DNA of 64,000 bases from the human T2T-CHM13v2.0 reference genome, Homo sapiens, in NCBI RefSeq assembly GCF_009914755.1, contig NC_060941.1. One strand, written 5' to 3'. Shown here piece after piece: positions 1 through 18,874 of this stretch. How positions within the stretch are numbered: position 1 is the stretch's first letter; each line of letters starts with the position of its first letter. The notes under the pieces are model-generated. The model was not told the DNA's origin, did not search any database, and saw nothing but the letters and a program-made list of their open reading frames with translations. The position numbers and the translations under genes were made by a program.

Positions 1-381
1 GGGAGGGTGTTGCCACTGACTGACTTAATGAAAGTATCTGACAAATGTAAGGTCTTTCAAATAGTGAGATAAGAAATGTATATAAATTATTTGATCGACT
101 ACTTACTTTCTATCTATACACACACACTATCAGTATATAATGTGTATTTTCATTTTATAGCTATTAAATATGAGGTTCTAGAATGAGTTTTCAGTTTGCA
201 GAATTCTGAGAATCTAGTTCCAACACCTTTGAGAGGACAACAACCACAATTGCACTTGCCATATTTATTAGTCAAAATGAAGCGAAGTCAATCTGTTGAA
301 AGCTTTGTTTTGTTTTTCTGATTAGTTTGTTTAATAAGACATTCAAATTATGATCTTTAATATAATTTCTTCCCCTAATAG

Positions 382-547
382 CTTGGTGCTAACAGTGGTT
401 TGCACATCATCATCTTTGATGAAATTGATGCCATCTGCAAGCAGAGAGGGAGCATGGCTGGTAGCACGGGAGTTCATGACACTGTTGTCAACCAGTTGCT
501 GTCCAAAATTGATGGCGTGGAGCAGCTAAACAACATCCTAGTCATTG
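382..547 (+). CDS. NSF: NSF exon 10 (L316-I370; D1 Walker B)
   Basis: taatag|CTT GGT GCT..GTC ATT G|gtatgt; translates [55 protein letters not shown], with AAA Walker B hhhhDE (E329). Confidence 0.98.
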
Positions 548-733
548 GTATGTTTACTTTTTAAAAAAGTACTATTCATTCAAAAACGTTAGCCATAAGT
601 TCTGAATTAAGATGTGTGTAGGTTGTGATTAAACTGTTTTGCCAGTGTTTCCAAATTAGAATCCAGTGATATTGAAGAATCTATTGTAATGCCTAGGCTT
701 AATAGGAAAAATAAAAGATGGATTTCAGTCACT

Positions 734-813
734 TGTAGGTTTAAGCTTATAGCTCACCCACAGGTGAAAAAGATGTAGGTTGAAGCTTATAGCTCACCCA
801 AAAATGAAAAATA
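734..813. repeat. 40-bp tandem duplication (2 copies)
   Basis: tgtaggtttaagcttatagctcaccca.. repeated at 734 and 774. Confidence 0.9.
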
Positions 814-832
814 CACATGAAACAATGGAATG

Positions 833-1043
833 CAGTGGTTTTCAAACTGGGTCTTGCAGGCCTTCGGGGGTCCTCAGAGGTGCTTTCAGGGTCAGTGAGG
901 GCCAGGGAGTGCGTTTCAGATCCTACATCACTATTATAACTTCCTCTTTTAGCTGTTTTATGTACTGAGGTGCTTCTGAAGATGACTTCTGGGGGAAAAA
1001 AAAAAAAAACACCCTGCTGTTTTATGAAGTCTGAAAACCACTG
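833..1043. mobile_element. hAT-Charlie-type MITE
   Basis: TIRs CAGTGGTTTTCAAACT ... AGTCTGAAAACCACTG (15/16 match). Confidence 0.7.
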
Positions 1044-1325
1044 GCCTGTAAAAAAGAGAAGGAACTTTGGAGTCAGAGAGATCGTGTCACATTGCCCCTC
1101 TGTCACTTTGACAGATTATTTACCCTTTGAATCTTAAATTTTCTTTTTAAATACTGGAAGTTTTCATAACATTTATATTCCATTGGCTTATACAGTAGTG
1201 AAATAGTAAAGCAAAGTCTCCTTAGCTTGTTAGGGAAATTACTATTCTTACATATACTAAAAGGACATTTGATTTTATTTTTGAACTCTGATCATTTGTT
1301 GTTTTGTTTTAACATCTGTGTTCAG

Positions 1326-1400
1326 GAATGACCAATAGACCAGATCTGATAGATGAGGCTCTTCTTAGACCTGGAAGACTGGAAGTTAAAATGGAGATAG
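1326..1400 (+). CDS. NSF: NSF exon 11 (D1 second region of homology, arginine fingers)
   Basis: ttcag|GA ATG ACC AAT AGA..ATA G|gtaagg; [25 protein letters not shown]; 75 nt, phase 1-1. Confidence 0.98.
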
Positions 1401-1508
1401 GTAAGGAGATCTGTCACTGATTGGGTGTGTGGTGGGGGGAGTGGAGGCATTTAGAGTTCATTAACAGGAACAATGTCATATGGTGTAGTATTTTTTAGAA
1501 AAGGTTTA

Positions 1509-2141
<633 letters not shown>

Positions 2142-2443
2142 GTCAGGAAAATCAGCTAAACAGATTATAAACATTATGCCAGTATTCTTTCTCTTTCCTT
2201 TCAAGCATATCAAGGGGTAGGGAAATGCTGACTTTTGGTGGAGAAGAGATGGTAAAAGGAATAAGAATTAATTGTCAACTGCTAAATCTTCAGAGTAGCA
2301 GGAAGGAAGATAATGTTTGCATCTGCCCTGTAGTAACCACTGACTCATCTACCTTAGGTCATCACCATCTGACACAGACACGTAAAGTGAAAATTTTGAA
2401 GAAGTGTTTTTAAATCTTTGTATTGTATTAAAAGTTGTAATAT

Positions 2444-2777
<334 letters not shown>

Positions 2778-2789
2778 CTAGAATTTTGG

Positions 2790-4340
2790 GGGCTGCTTTA
2801 TTCAGCAAATATATTGAATAGTTGATGTGTTCAAGCTATTGGGCTGGAGACATAAAGATAATTGTGAACTCTTCCCTCAAGGAGTTCAGAGTCAGGAAAA
2901 TGGACATATTTTCAAATTAGTACAATAATATTGTAGTTACCATGGTAGAAATACGTACTAGGATACTTTTATTTTGATAAAGTGCTCTTGATCTTCCATC
3001 TCTTCTCTCCTTTAGGTTTTAGTTACCACCTGTAGACAGATTTACTGAACATATCTGTCTCCTACTTTCAGATTTGTACTAAATACCCTCACCTAGATGT
3101 TTTATCAGGTCTCAGATTTAATATTGCAAAACCAAATTTATTGTCTTTTTTACTACTTTCCTTTCTGCTCGCATTTCCCTGTTTATCCCAATTTCCCAGG
3201 CTTAAAACATCAGGATTATCTTTGATTCCTGGCACTCTACTGTGCCCTAGGTCAAGTCACTTGCCAAATTTTTTCAGTTCTGTCTTGGCAGTGCCTTTTA
3301 GTTCTCACTGCCACTACCCACCTTCTCTTTGATTAACCTTCCTGTATCATATCATTCAACCATTCAGACACTTTCAGTGATTCCCCATCATTTACAAAAC
3401 AAAGTACAGGCTTCTTTTGGGTCTTTTGGGTCCTCTAGATCTGACCCTAACTGGCCTTTCCAAATGTGCTCCTGATTATTCTCCACATACTTCAGCCAAA
3501 CTTAAATAATCACCGGTCATCAGACATTAATTTATTTTTCAACATCTCTGCTTTGGTTTTGTTTTTTTTGCATCACTGAGGATCTTCATCCTCTACGTTT
3601 ACCTGTCTTTTCAAAACCTGGCTCATATGCTACCACTGTCCTCACACCTTTTCACATTTTCCCTTTCAAGAATGTTATACCCGTTTCCTTCTTGAAATAG
3701 TAATGTATCATTTATGGTACTGTCAGTTGACTTTGGTTCACAGTAGATTTATTCGGCATCTACTGCATGCTAGACCCTGTGCTAGGAGTTAATACCCCGA
3801 CTGCAAAGAAGTAAAGTACCTACCATTAAGCTGCCCTCAGTCTAACCCTCCACGTGCAGTAACAGAAAGTACATGCAAGGCAAGAGAGTGAACTCGTGTC
3901 AGATATGGTCAACTTGTGGGGTGAGAGAAACCTTCATATGCATGTCTGTTGGTAGAGCAGGGCCTTTTAGGTAGAGGGAACAACATATGCAAAGAAGCAG
4001 AGACACAGAATAGCATAGTGCGTTGGAGTAGTTTAGTATTGCTTCAGCATGGAAGTTAGGGGAGGGATGGTAGAGAGATTGTGGGGGATAAGTCAGGAGA
4101 CTAAAGTAGGGATGGAGCACAAAGAGCCTTTTATACTCTGCTAAGAAGTATGGACTTTTTTTCTGTGAGTAGTGCTAAGCCATTGAGTTTTAAGAATAGC
4201 AGTGACATAGTGTTAAAACATAAGATCACTCTGGCAGCTCTGTCGAGTGGAGTAGTTAGAGGAGTGGAGTTGGCGACACAGGACAAGAGGGGGAGCTTTT
4301 ATAACAGTTCAGGCAAGAAATAAAAGCCTGAACAGTTAGG
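2790..4340. mobile_element. Degenerate L2 fragments (both orientations)
   Basis: L2-like motifs (ttattcagcaaatatattga; gatcactctggcagct..; boundaries approximate). Confidence 0.55.
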
Positions 4341-4385
4341 TTGAGTATGTAGATATTTGGGTATATCCTATCACTGGTTCTAGAC

Positions 4386-4590
4386 CAGGAATCCAGCCAA
4401 CTACCAGTTTTTATAAATAAAGGGCTTTTTTGGAACAGTACACATTAATTTGTGTACTGTCTATGGCTGCCTGCATGCTACAGTGGCAGAGTTGAGTATT
4501 TGCAATAGGGGCTGCATGGCCCACAAAGCCTATTTTAGTGCTTTTATTTTAGGTACTATCTGCCACTTTACAGAAGTTTGCTGGCCCTTG
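4386..4590. mobile_element. MER58A-like hAT MITE
   Basis: MER58 internal motifs (ctatggctgc..gcagagttgagt..ggcccacaaagcct); perfect 8-bp TSD TTCTAGAC. Confidence 0.8.
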
Positions 4591-4683
4591 TTCTAGACTT
4601 TAAATCCTTACTTATTCACCTCAGAGTCTCCCATAGTACCCCAGATAGATCTAAATAATGAGCACATGGTAGGTGTCCAGTAA

Positions 4684-4987
<304 letters not shown>

Positions 4988-5175
4988 AATATTTTTTAAA
5001 TGAGTAAACTTACGTAACTATTCTGAATCACGCTCTATCCATAAGTCATAATTTCCCTACATAATAGAGGTGGATTTGTTCTAGCTCAAGAATGCCAAAG
5101 GTTTGGATGGTGTGGGAATATTGTATTGGGTCTTTATATAATGGATCCATTCAGGGACTATGTTTTTATTCTTCC

Positions 5176-5468
5176 TTGTTTGTTTGTTTTGAGACGGAGT
5201 CTCACTCTGTCGCCCAGGCTGGAGTGCAGTGGTGCAATCTCGGCTCACTGCAAGCTCCACCTTCCAGGTTCAGCCATTCTCCTGCCTCAGCCTCCCAAGT
5301 AGCTGGGACTACAGGCACCCACCATCACGCCTGGCTAAGTTTTTGTATTTTTAGTTGAGATGGGATCACCGTGTTAGCCAGGATGGTCTCGATCTCCTGA
5401 CCTCGTGATCCGCCTGCCTCGGCCTCCCAAAGTTTTGGGATTACAGGCGTGAGCCACCATGCCCGGCC
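5176..5468 (-). mobile_element. AluY
   Basis: caagctcc.., gtgttagccaggatggtctcgatc diagnostics. Confidence 0.93.
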
Positions 5469-6880
5469 ATGCTATACTGTTTTAATAAGAAGAGATGGCA
5501 ACTTCAAGAAAAATGATGTAAACAGTGTGAAAACTGGTCCCTACCATACTGATCTTTCATCTCAGACCACATGGGTGCATCTTGATGTAATCCACAGTAA
5601 CTAGTTTACTAGTTGTCATATTTTTCATATGTGTTGGCCATGGAATTTTTCTCTTATTTAGTCATCTGTCATTTTAACTACAATAATCCTATCCCAAAAT
5701 TTCACTTTAAGCCGTTGTCTCAGTAAGAAACATGCTTTCTTCAAGCATATATTGGGTTTATCTACATATGAGGCAATGAGGGATGGTGGGAAGATCGCAG
5801 ATATCGTAGTCAGAAGGTGTGGTTATGCATTATATTTCTTCCACCTTTTTGTTTCTGACCTGTCAAGGGGAGACACTACCTATCTAATCAGATTTTTATG
5901 AGAATGAAAGCAAATACTTTATATAAAAGTGCCTTGTAAACTCTATAAATGCTAGTTATCTCCATTTTTTTAATTGGCTGATTTGAGAGGATATCAGTAC
6001 TTTTCAATATATGAATTTCTGATTTTTATTGACTCTTTGTAGTTACACATTTTCTAATTGTAAAGCTAAAATGTTTGTCACCCTTGTACATAATATATTA
6101 TCCTTCTGATTTGCAAGTAAGCAGTAGTGCAAATAGTTCATGTTTCCATCACTTTTTTCCACATGATAGAATTATCTGTAAGCTTCAGGTGATATGTATT
6201 GACTTGCGATCATTGCTCCTTGTACCAAACAGCTCCTAACTTTTCACCATATCAATGGAATAACTATGTAGGCACTTTAGGGATGAGAAAGCTATGTAAG
6301 ACACTAACCTTACCCCCAAAAAGAAATATTACTAACATTTCATCTTCTGCATTTTAAAAAATCTGCATTGTCAGAAGGTCTTTAAAGACTATTTTTCCAA
6401 TGACTCGTCCTTGGCTAAACAAAAGAAGTACAGTTTTAGTCTTCCATTGCTATAGATGTTTGTAGCTTTAATAGTGATTGATGAATAAATATTTAAATTG
6501 AAACTTATAAAGTTGTTACTGAACTTTAAAACATTCAAAACGTACAAGTGTTATGATGTTCTTTCTTTGTATTTTAAAAATCCATTATTGGTGTTATTTT
6601 GCTTCCTTTTCAAAAGATTGAGGCCTAAAGAAAGATTTAGTCAGGTGGACTAAACAGGTCTTTCCTGTTAAACTGTTTTTTCAGGTTTTCTGAGACAAGT
6701 GGAAAATCTGGTCAGAAACACCTGTTGTTCATGTCATTTATACTTGAACCTATGATTGCGGTCAACTAAAATTCATGTGACATTTGGTTGTTTTTATCTT
6801 GAAAGGAATTTCTGCTTCAGGTTGAGAAGATTCATAACCCAAATTTTTTCTCTAATCTGTTGTGAGGAAATAAACTGAGG

Positions 6881-6904
6881 ACACACACACACACACACAC
6901 ACAC
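6881..6904. repeat. (CA)n microsatellite
   Basis: About 12 CA units. Confidence 0.9.
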
Positions 6905-8048
6905 TTTCTCTCACATACACTTTCCACCTGAGTCAAAGCTCTAAGTTATGTTTACAGAATTTCATAAAATTATTTCTTATTTTTTTGCAGAATTTTTGAT
7001 TGATTAAGGTCATTCTACCCTTAATTTAAGAGGAATGATAAGAACTTTGAAAGGTCAGATTTAAAAGGTTATGAAATTTAAGGGTGACCACTTGATATTT
7101 GCTAGTGTTGAAATACAAGTTTATTAGTTTCTGCAGGTATAAGCTGAAAGATGCTGCCTCTTCTATATTGATTAGCTGTTATAAATAAAATGCAGGAAAA
7201 ATGTTGCTAATTCAAACAAATGAGAAAAGGTTTTCTGAAAAAGTAAAAATTCAGAATTATAGACTTTTTAAAATTTTACAAATTTTGATAAAATGCTAAA
7301 AGTCAGCTAAGAGCAGTCCTTAGAAAATTTATTTTAATGAGCAGGTAGGAATAATTGACAATTGGAATATTGATGGCTTACAATTATGTAACTTACAGAA
7401 TTCCTTATGTGCCTGAAAACAGTTTGTTTTGAAATACTTCTTCCCCACACCCATCTTAATTCACTTTTAAGAAAGGACTCAGCAATTAATTGGGTGAGTC
7501 TTTTCTTAATAATTAGCAAAATGACAAGTTTTATACCAGCTTCAGTCCTAAAATCTATCGTATTTTTTGGCAAATTTTGAAAGATGGGCAAGATTTTTCT
7601 TTCATACTGCTGTATGTATCTATCATTTGAATTCGGTTTTACTGTAAGAGAATCAGAATGCAAAATATTATGGTAAAAACCTAGGCCTGTGTAGGAAAGA
7701 GGTGTTTAAAGTGAGGCTGGTAGCTTTGTTGAGATTTTAATGTTTCGGTCAGAGCTCTTGTCTTCCCTTTGGCCTGAGAGTTTGTATCTTGTAGAATCCT
7801 TTCAGATGTATCAAAAAGTTTGAATCAGAGTTAAAACTTTTATATAAGGGTATCTAGGAAGGAAGTCCTGTATCTGCCTTTTATAACTTATGGAAACCCC
7901 CAGGTTTGTATAAGTATAAAATGAGATAATGTGATATGGTGAAATGAGATAGTGTGTATGAACATACTTTATAAACTATAAAGAACTGTAGACATTTGTA
8001 TATTATTAATTATCATAATTCTTTCACGGATATGCTTGTTTCCTGTGA

Positions 8049-8407
<359 letters not shown>

Positions 8408-8464
8408 TAATATTTATCAAACCTCATATGTGCCAATATAAGCCCTATTAATAATTTAAATGTT

Positions 8465-8776
8465 TATGTTTTTTTGTTTGTTTGTTTTTGTTTTTGAGAC
8501 GGAGTCTCACTCTGTCGCCCAGGCTGGAGTGCAGTGGCGCCATCACAACTCACTGCAAGCTCTGCCTCCCGGGTTCACGCCATTCTCCTGCCTCAGCCTC
8601 CTGAGTACCTGGGGCTACAGGTGTCTGCCACCACGCCTGGCTACTTTTTTGTATTTTTAGTAAAGACAGGGTTTCACTGTGTTAGCCAGTATGGTCTCGA
8701 TCTCCTGACCTGGTGATCCTATTGCCTCAGCCTCCCAAAGTGCTGGGATTACAGGCGTGAGCCACCATGCCCAGCC
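8465..8776 (-). mobile_element. AluY
   Basis: AluY diagnostics; TSD AATAATTTAAATGTT. Confidence 0.93.
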
Positions 8777-9409
8777 CAATAATTTAAATGTTAATTGTTC
8801 TATTGAAGTAAAATATTTGTCTCTTTGTTACTTTTTACTTTATTTTTAAAAGTATAGAAGTTATAGATGATGGCTTTCTTTTTGTAAAAGATTCAAGAAT
8901 GTCAAAGCATATAGGGAAAAATGAGAAAGGCCATCTCTAACACCACTTTCCTTTCCCTCTCCAGAGTTAGCCAAAATTTGGGATATATCTTTGAAGTTTG
9001 TTTTCTTTATATAATATTTACATTCATATACGTATGTGCTTTTTTAAAAAAATGAACATTAATGGAATTATACTGCAGTTTACATTTTTCACTTGCAAAT
9101 ATTCCTTGGATAGCTTTCTGTGTCAGTGTATGTAAGTCCCCTTCATTATTTTGGACAAATGCAGAGTATTCTAGAATATTGCCACATAATGGAAAATATA
9201 AGATCCATGAACACAGGGACCTTTTCTGTTTTATTTACTGCTATGACTCCAGTTCCTCAGATAGTGCTTGGTGTCTGGTAGGTATTCAGTAAATAGAATT
9301 AATGAATAATTTATTTAACATATGGATTATTTCTGGTTGTGGCTGTTGAAAAAATACTGTTGTGAAAATGCTTACTTGCCTCCCTGTGCACACAAGGAAT
9401 CATTTTCTA

Positions 9410-9830
9410 GGGTAGCCATCCAAATGTCTTTTCAAAGACATGGTTTCATTGTCTTCTAGTTTCTAGTGTTGCCAGTGAGAGTTATCATACCAATCTCGTT
9501 CTGGTTTCTTTGCAGGAAACCTGTTTTGTCCCTCAGAAAGGTTCTAGGACTTTCTCTTCACCTTTGGTGCTCTGAAAGTTTACAGCAGTGGGTCTGGACA
9601 GATGTGTGCTTCTTTTCATTTATCCCGATCATCACTCACTGAACCCTTTAAACTGCAGAGGCACACCTTTCTTCAGCTATAGGAAATTTTTTTCTCTTCT
9701 GTCTTTTATTGTTTCTTCTCTATGACTCTTTCTGTTCTCTCCTTCTGAGACTCCTGTTAGATCACAGTTAAAACTTATGGATATTTCTTTCATGCTTTGT
9801 AGCCTTTCTGTCTCACTTTCTGTCATTTTG
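9410..9830 (-). mobile_element. Old L1/HAL1 ORF1-like fragment
   Basis: Minus-strand translation ..LTGVSEGENRK..EETIKDRREKNFL resembles L1 ORF1p. Confidence 0.55.
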
Positions 9831-10336
9831 TGGGATTTGGGGCGGAAGGGAAGATAAATAACTGTGTTCTGTTTGCCATCTTCACCCAGCTTCCTGCCAT
9901 AGTTCTTTTTATCCCACAAGGATGACTTTTTTTTATATCTGTCACTTCATTTGTCTCACAGTCTCTTCCTAAAAAAAATATGACTCATATTTCATAATAA
10001 TTGATGGAAGGTTGATATTTATTTAACATGCGTTTGTTTTATAGTCAGCTTTTTTTGAAAATGCTTTTTTTTTCAAAGCCATGATACCAATTTAAAAATT
10101 AGGCTGTGTTGTTTTGTGCTATTGGTAGTGAGCCCAGTCGCTTTAAAACACGTGTTGGTATCTTAATCACTCATCTGGTCCAGGCAGCTCCAAGTGCTGA
10201 TAAAGGCCTTGATGCTTCTCCAGATGTCTAAATGCTAGCTCCAGGTGCAGTAAGCAGACTATTTGGAGCTGGCACATAGATTCTGAAGCACAATGTATTA
10301 ATACAAATGAAAGTTTTAGGTTCTTGGTCTCCTAGA

Positions 10337-10510
10337 GTAATGGTTCTTAAGCCTGGTTCAGTACCAGAATCACCTGTGGTACTTGGTAAAACTATAAAGA
10401 CCCTCTAATAGGCCTGTTAAATCAAAATCCCGTGGGGAATGGGACTGAGCGCCTGTATATCTCTGAAGGCTCTGGAGGTTATTCTGATATGCAGCCAAGT
10501 ATGGCTGTGT
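10337..10510. mobile_element. MER5-like hAT MITE
   Basis: tggttcttaa..agaatcacctg..ttattctgatatgcagccaag. Confidence 0.6.
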
Positions 10511-10877
10511 TTTCATTTCTGTATATATTTTCTTTTTGTATGGATTTTTCACTGTTCTTACTCTCTGTATGTATTTTTTCTTACTCATGCCTCATGAGTT
10601 AAAATGGCTATACAGTGTCCCTTGGTACAGATGTGTTCTAATTTACATAACTGATCCCCTCTTGGTAGACATTATTAATATGCTTCCCATCTTTTTTCAT
10701 AACAAGTTACTTTAGTAGATATACTTGTACATATAACTTTGTACACATTTGTGAATATATTTAGGGGATAAATTACTAGAAGTGGACTTGTTCAGAGGAT
10801 ATATATATTTGTGAATTTGAGAGATGTGTTTTCTTTGATTCCAATTTTTAAAATTGTTTTAAAATGCCCATAAAATT

Positions 10878-11196
10878 GTCCGGGCGTGGTGGCTCACGCC
10901 TGTAATCCCAGCACTTTGAGAGGCCGAGGCGGGTGGTCACAAGGTCAGGAGATCAAGACCATCCTAGCTAATATGGTGAAACCCTGTCTCTAGTAAAAAT
11001 ACAAAAAATTAGCCGGGCGTGGTGGTGGGCACCTGTAGTCCCAGCTACTCGGGAGGCTGAGGCAGGAGAATGGCATGAACCTGGGAGGTGGAGCTTGCAG
11101 CGTCCGAGATCGCGCCACTGCACTCCAGCCTGGGGGACAGAGTGAGACTCCGTCTCAAAAAAAAAAAAAAAAAAAAAAAAAACAAAAAACAGAAAA
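10878..11196 (+). mobile_element. AluY
   Basis: AluY diagnostics, long A tail, TSD CCATAAAATT. Confidence 0.93.
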
Positions 11197-12115
11197 CCAT
11201 AAAATTTACCGTGTAACCATTTTAAATGTACAATTCAGTGGCATTAAATACATTATTAATGTTGTGCAACCATCACTACCATTCATCTCCAGACCTCTTT
11301 TCATCTTGTAAAACTAAAACTCCATACCCATAAACAGTAACTCCCCATTCCTTCCTCTCCCTATCCCCTGGCAGCCACCATTTTACTTTCTGTCTCTTGG
11401 ATATCAGCTACTCCAGGAACCTCATATAAGTGGATTGTACAGTATTTGCTTATTTAACTTAGCATATGGTCCTCAAGGTTCGTCATGTTGCAGGATATCA
11501 GAATTTTCTTTCTTTTTAATGCTGAATAATATTCCATTGTATGTACGTAACACATTTTGTTTATCCATTCCTCTGTCAATGGTCATATGGATTTCTTCCA
11601 CATTTTAGCTATTGTGGGTAATGCTGTCATGAACAAGGCTGTACAGATATCTCTTCAAGACCCTGTTTTCAGTTCTTTGGGGGTATATACCCAGAAGTGG
11701 AATTGCTGGATCATATGATAATTCTATTTTTAATTTTATGAGGAACCACCATATTTTTGTTTTCCACAGTGACTCAACCATTTTACTTATGTTCCCACCA
11801 ACAGTGCATAAGGGTTCTGATTTCTCCGCATCCTCACCAACACTTCTTATTTTCTGCATTTTTGTGGTAGTAGCCATCCTAATGAGTATGAAGTGAAATC
11901 TCTTTGTAGTTTGGATTTGCATTTCCCTAATGATTAGTGAGGTTGAACATCTTTTCATGTGCTTATTTAAGGCCATTTGTATATCTTCTTTGGAGAAATG
12001 TTTGTTTAAGTTCTTTGCCCATTTTTTATTTAGTTTTTTGTTGTTCAATTTTGGCAGTTCTCTATGTATTCTGGATATTAATCCCTTATCACATATATGG
12101 TTTGCAAATATTTCA
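11197..12115 (-). mobile_element. L1MB-type 3' fragment (end of ORF2 plus 3'UTR)
   Basis: ORF 11605-12048(-) [33 protein letters not shown] is the L1 ORF2p C-terminus. Confidence 0.9.
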
Positions 12116-12236
12116 GATTTTTTTATGTGTGAAAATATGCTTTTAAATCCTCAAGAGTTACGTTCTTAAACTGAATATATTCTTAACTATTCTTAAATCT
12201 TGGAAGTCCTTACATTTTGTTTTTATCTCTTCTTAG

Positions 12237-12332
12237 GCCAGTACTAAAGTGGAAGTGGACATGGAGAAAGCAGAAAGCCTGCAAGTGACGAGAGGAGACT
12301 TCCTTGCTTCTTTGGAGAATGATATCAAACCA
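12237..12332 (+). CDS. NSF: NSF exon 13
   Basis: tcttag|GCC AGT ACT..AAA CCA|gtgagt; [32 protein letters not shown]; 96 nt, phase 0-0. Confidence 0.98.
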
Positions 12333-13198
12333 GTGAGTATGCCCATTGAGTGATATATAGGCCAAAAAGTAATGATAATAATAACTCAGGCGAAAAGTAA
12401 GTGCCATTTACTCAGTATTATGGAAGGTTATAGCATATGCAGTTTCATAAAATGAGAAAATTTTAGTATTGGAAATGTTCAGTATGAGAAACATCTGTAC
12501 AATAATCCTAGTGGCTGGTGATATTATTTACTGAAATATTTTCATGATAGGAAGCTTACCATCTTGTAAGGCAGGCCATTCAATTTTGAGACTTTCCAGT
12601 TATTGTTTTACTTTATATTGAACTAGAACTAATTTTCTTATTGGTTCTTATACAATCCCAAGCTACAGAAACCTAACTTCAGTCCATCTTCCATATGTCA
12701 GTTATTAGGATATTTAAAATTAACTCTCATATCCTCCTCTGTCTCTCTCTCTCTCTCTCTTTCTCTTCCTTTCCTCAGCCTCTTCCAAGGCATCCCTTTT
12801 TCTTGCTCAGTACATTTAGTTTCTCTGACTACTATAGTTTCTAAGACTTAAAAAGTGTCAGTTTTCTTAAAACGCACTCAAAATGGTCATAGTTGGAGCT
12901 TTAGAATACAGTTTAAGGTTATTAACCCATTTTCCTATAAAACAACTACTAACATTTGAGTAACTTTTGTTTAGAGTCCTGTGTTAATACAAAAACAAAT
13001 TGTAGAAAGTCCCAGTTCTTAAAGAAGTGTGTGCTTTTCTTTCTTAAATGGACCTCAGGTCCATTAAGATTAATCTTAATCTTTATGACACACTGTTATT
13101 AGTCTGTATTTTCATGGCATGTAAAATAACATATGGTATATGTAGTTTTCTGGGACTTGCTATTTATTAAATATTTTATTACCAAGAGTCATCTATAT

Positions 13199-14037
<839 letters not shown>

Positions 14038-14225
14038 TCATTCATTTTCATGCTGAATAGCATTCCATTGTGTGAGTACCACAATTTATCTATTTTCCTG
14101 TCAATTGTGAATGTTACCAGTATTTTGTTATTAAAAAAAGATTTGTCGTAAGAATTCTTGAATGAATTTCTCTTATTTAGGAATAAAATTATTAGGTTGT
14201 TGGATATATGAATGTCCCGCTTTAA

Positions 14226-14629
<404 letters not shown>

Positions 14630-14839
14630 TCAGATTTAATTTTTGCCATTCAGTTAGGTGTAAAATGAGATCTCATTTCAGTCTTGATTTGCATTTTAGT
14701 TATTAGAGAACTTAAGCATTTCTCCATATGTTAATTGACCATATGCATGTATTGTGTGAAATAGTGTCCAAGTCTTTTGCCTGTTTTTCTGTTGTACTGC
14801 TTATTTGATTGATACAAGTTCTTTATATACTCTTTTTTT

Positions 14840-15965
<1,126 letters not shown>

Positions 15966-15970
15966 TATCC

Positions 15971-16625
<655 letters not shown>

Positions 16626-16954
16626 TTATTTGTTCCAAGTATCTCCTTTAAAGACAAAAGCCAATTTGGTTAGCCCTGTCTTTTTATTACTATTGTGACT
16701 TTTAAATATAAAATAATCATTTTCAAAAGTAACTCCAAGATTTTTTTAACAACAAGTAATTTGGCCATGAGGAAGTGACAACTAAAAACTTAATTTTATT
16801 TATTCCAAGGGTCTGGAGGATAAAAAAAAAATGAAATTATGGGATATGTAAGGAAGATATACACGTTATATATCTTGGGAGAGTCACTGTTTTATGGTTC
16901 AGGCATCTTAAAGCTTCTGCTGTGAGGCTTGGAGTATATAACTGGAAAAATTAA

Positions 16955-17276
<322 letters not shown>

Positions 17277-17631
17277 TGAAAATTTCTTAGAACAGCCATT
17301 TAGCCAGTTTGGATTAGTTTCATCATTACTTTTTACACTGCTACTGAATTTGCCATATCTAGGCCAAAGAATGAGAACCTTCCTCTGTATTCAGGAATCA
17401 AAGGACCAGTATATGCAAAGAGACTACGTAAAAAGTGGTCTGAAAAATTATTTTGTGGCAAAGTAATAGAGATATGAGATCACTGGATACTGTTTCAAAG
17501 ACAGTATTACAAAAACAGCTTTATGTGAGGTGCATGTTCTAAAGAACTATTAAAACTATTCCATACATCAGGTAATCAAAAGTTGAATTTTGAGGGATGT
17601 GATGATCTTTAAAAAATTGAAATTCTCAAGA

Positions 17632-17665
17632 TACATGATCTTTACATGTACATGATCTTTACATG
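17632..17665. repeat. 17-bp perfect tandem duplication
   Basis: TACATGATCTTTACATG x2. Confidence 0.85.
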
Positions 17666-18443
17666 TAGTAGGTTATGTTTTCCTATTTATTCTGTTAACC
17701 TCATGAAAATCCAGTTCAATTGTAAATACTAAAGTTATTGACTACTTTTGGCAGCTGTTTTGATGGGAGGTATAACCTTTGAGATTAAAAGTTGACAATG
17801 AAGAAGGGTGCAATTTAAGCTCCAATATGTAGTGAACACAAATAGAATTATTATCTGAAATAATTGCTTTTATATCCTTCTTATTACAGCTCCTCATTTC
17901 TATCTCATCCTAAATCTTATATTTACACATATAAACTTAACATTGGTGCCATTTAACTATGTCCCCTACCACAAAGTTGATGTGAACATGATCTTCTCAT
18001 TACCATTTCGTATTCTCATGTTAATCCATAGCACCTGCAGTCAGTGTTAAGGTAGCATATTTGTCTATTGCGCTGTTTCTAAGTCCATAATCTCTTTTTT
18101 CCTTTGTTCTTAACAGAACAGCCTCAAACTGCATACTGTTGATAAAAATAAGCACATTGGAACATATTCTTTCTCTCAGGAATTATGAGGGTTTGAGTCT
18201 GGTGGAATCTCAGCCTAGAATCCATTGTTTTTATTCCATTAAGTCACCCAAAGCAGCTTTTTTTTTCCTATTGGGAAAAAAGTTAAATGAGAAATTATAC
18301 AAGTTGTTTTGCTTTCCAGGCTTTTTATATTAATATGGGATAGTGATCAATACCTTTAGCATGTACGAATTATAACTCGTCTTTTATACTGTTAGTTTTT
18401 AACACTAAGGCTCAAAATGCTTTAGACTCCTTTTTCTTAATAG

Positions 18444-18611
<168 letters not shown>

Positions 18612-18874
18612 TGAGGAGATGGCATTAAAAGTTAAAGGAAAAAAAGCAGCATTTTTTAAAAGCCCGTAAGCACATTCTAGAAAAGTGAATTCTTTTTCGT
18701 TTTTAACCTTGTTCTTGATCTGAAAATAGTAATCCAATCTATGTACCAATATTGTGTACAAATTAAAATTTTCTTGGGGTAGAATGTTAGTGAGGAAAGA
18801 TAGCAACTAGTTTTCTTGTAGGATTATATCTGTATTTCTGTGGCACTTAATACACTGAATGATGCCACTTAGCC

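Noticed and set aside
1422-1448. G-rich tract after exon 11 as a G-quadruplex
   Set aside because: It lacks four clean G3 runs; at most an intronic G-run splicing enhancer.
11605-12048. 147-aa minus-strand ORF
   Set aside because: Decayed L1 ORF2p C-terminus lacking the RT and EN domains.
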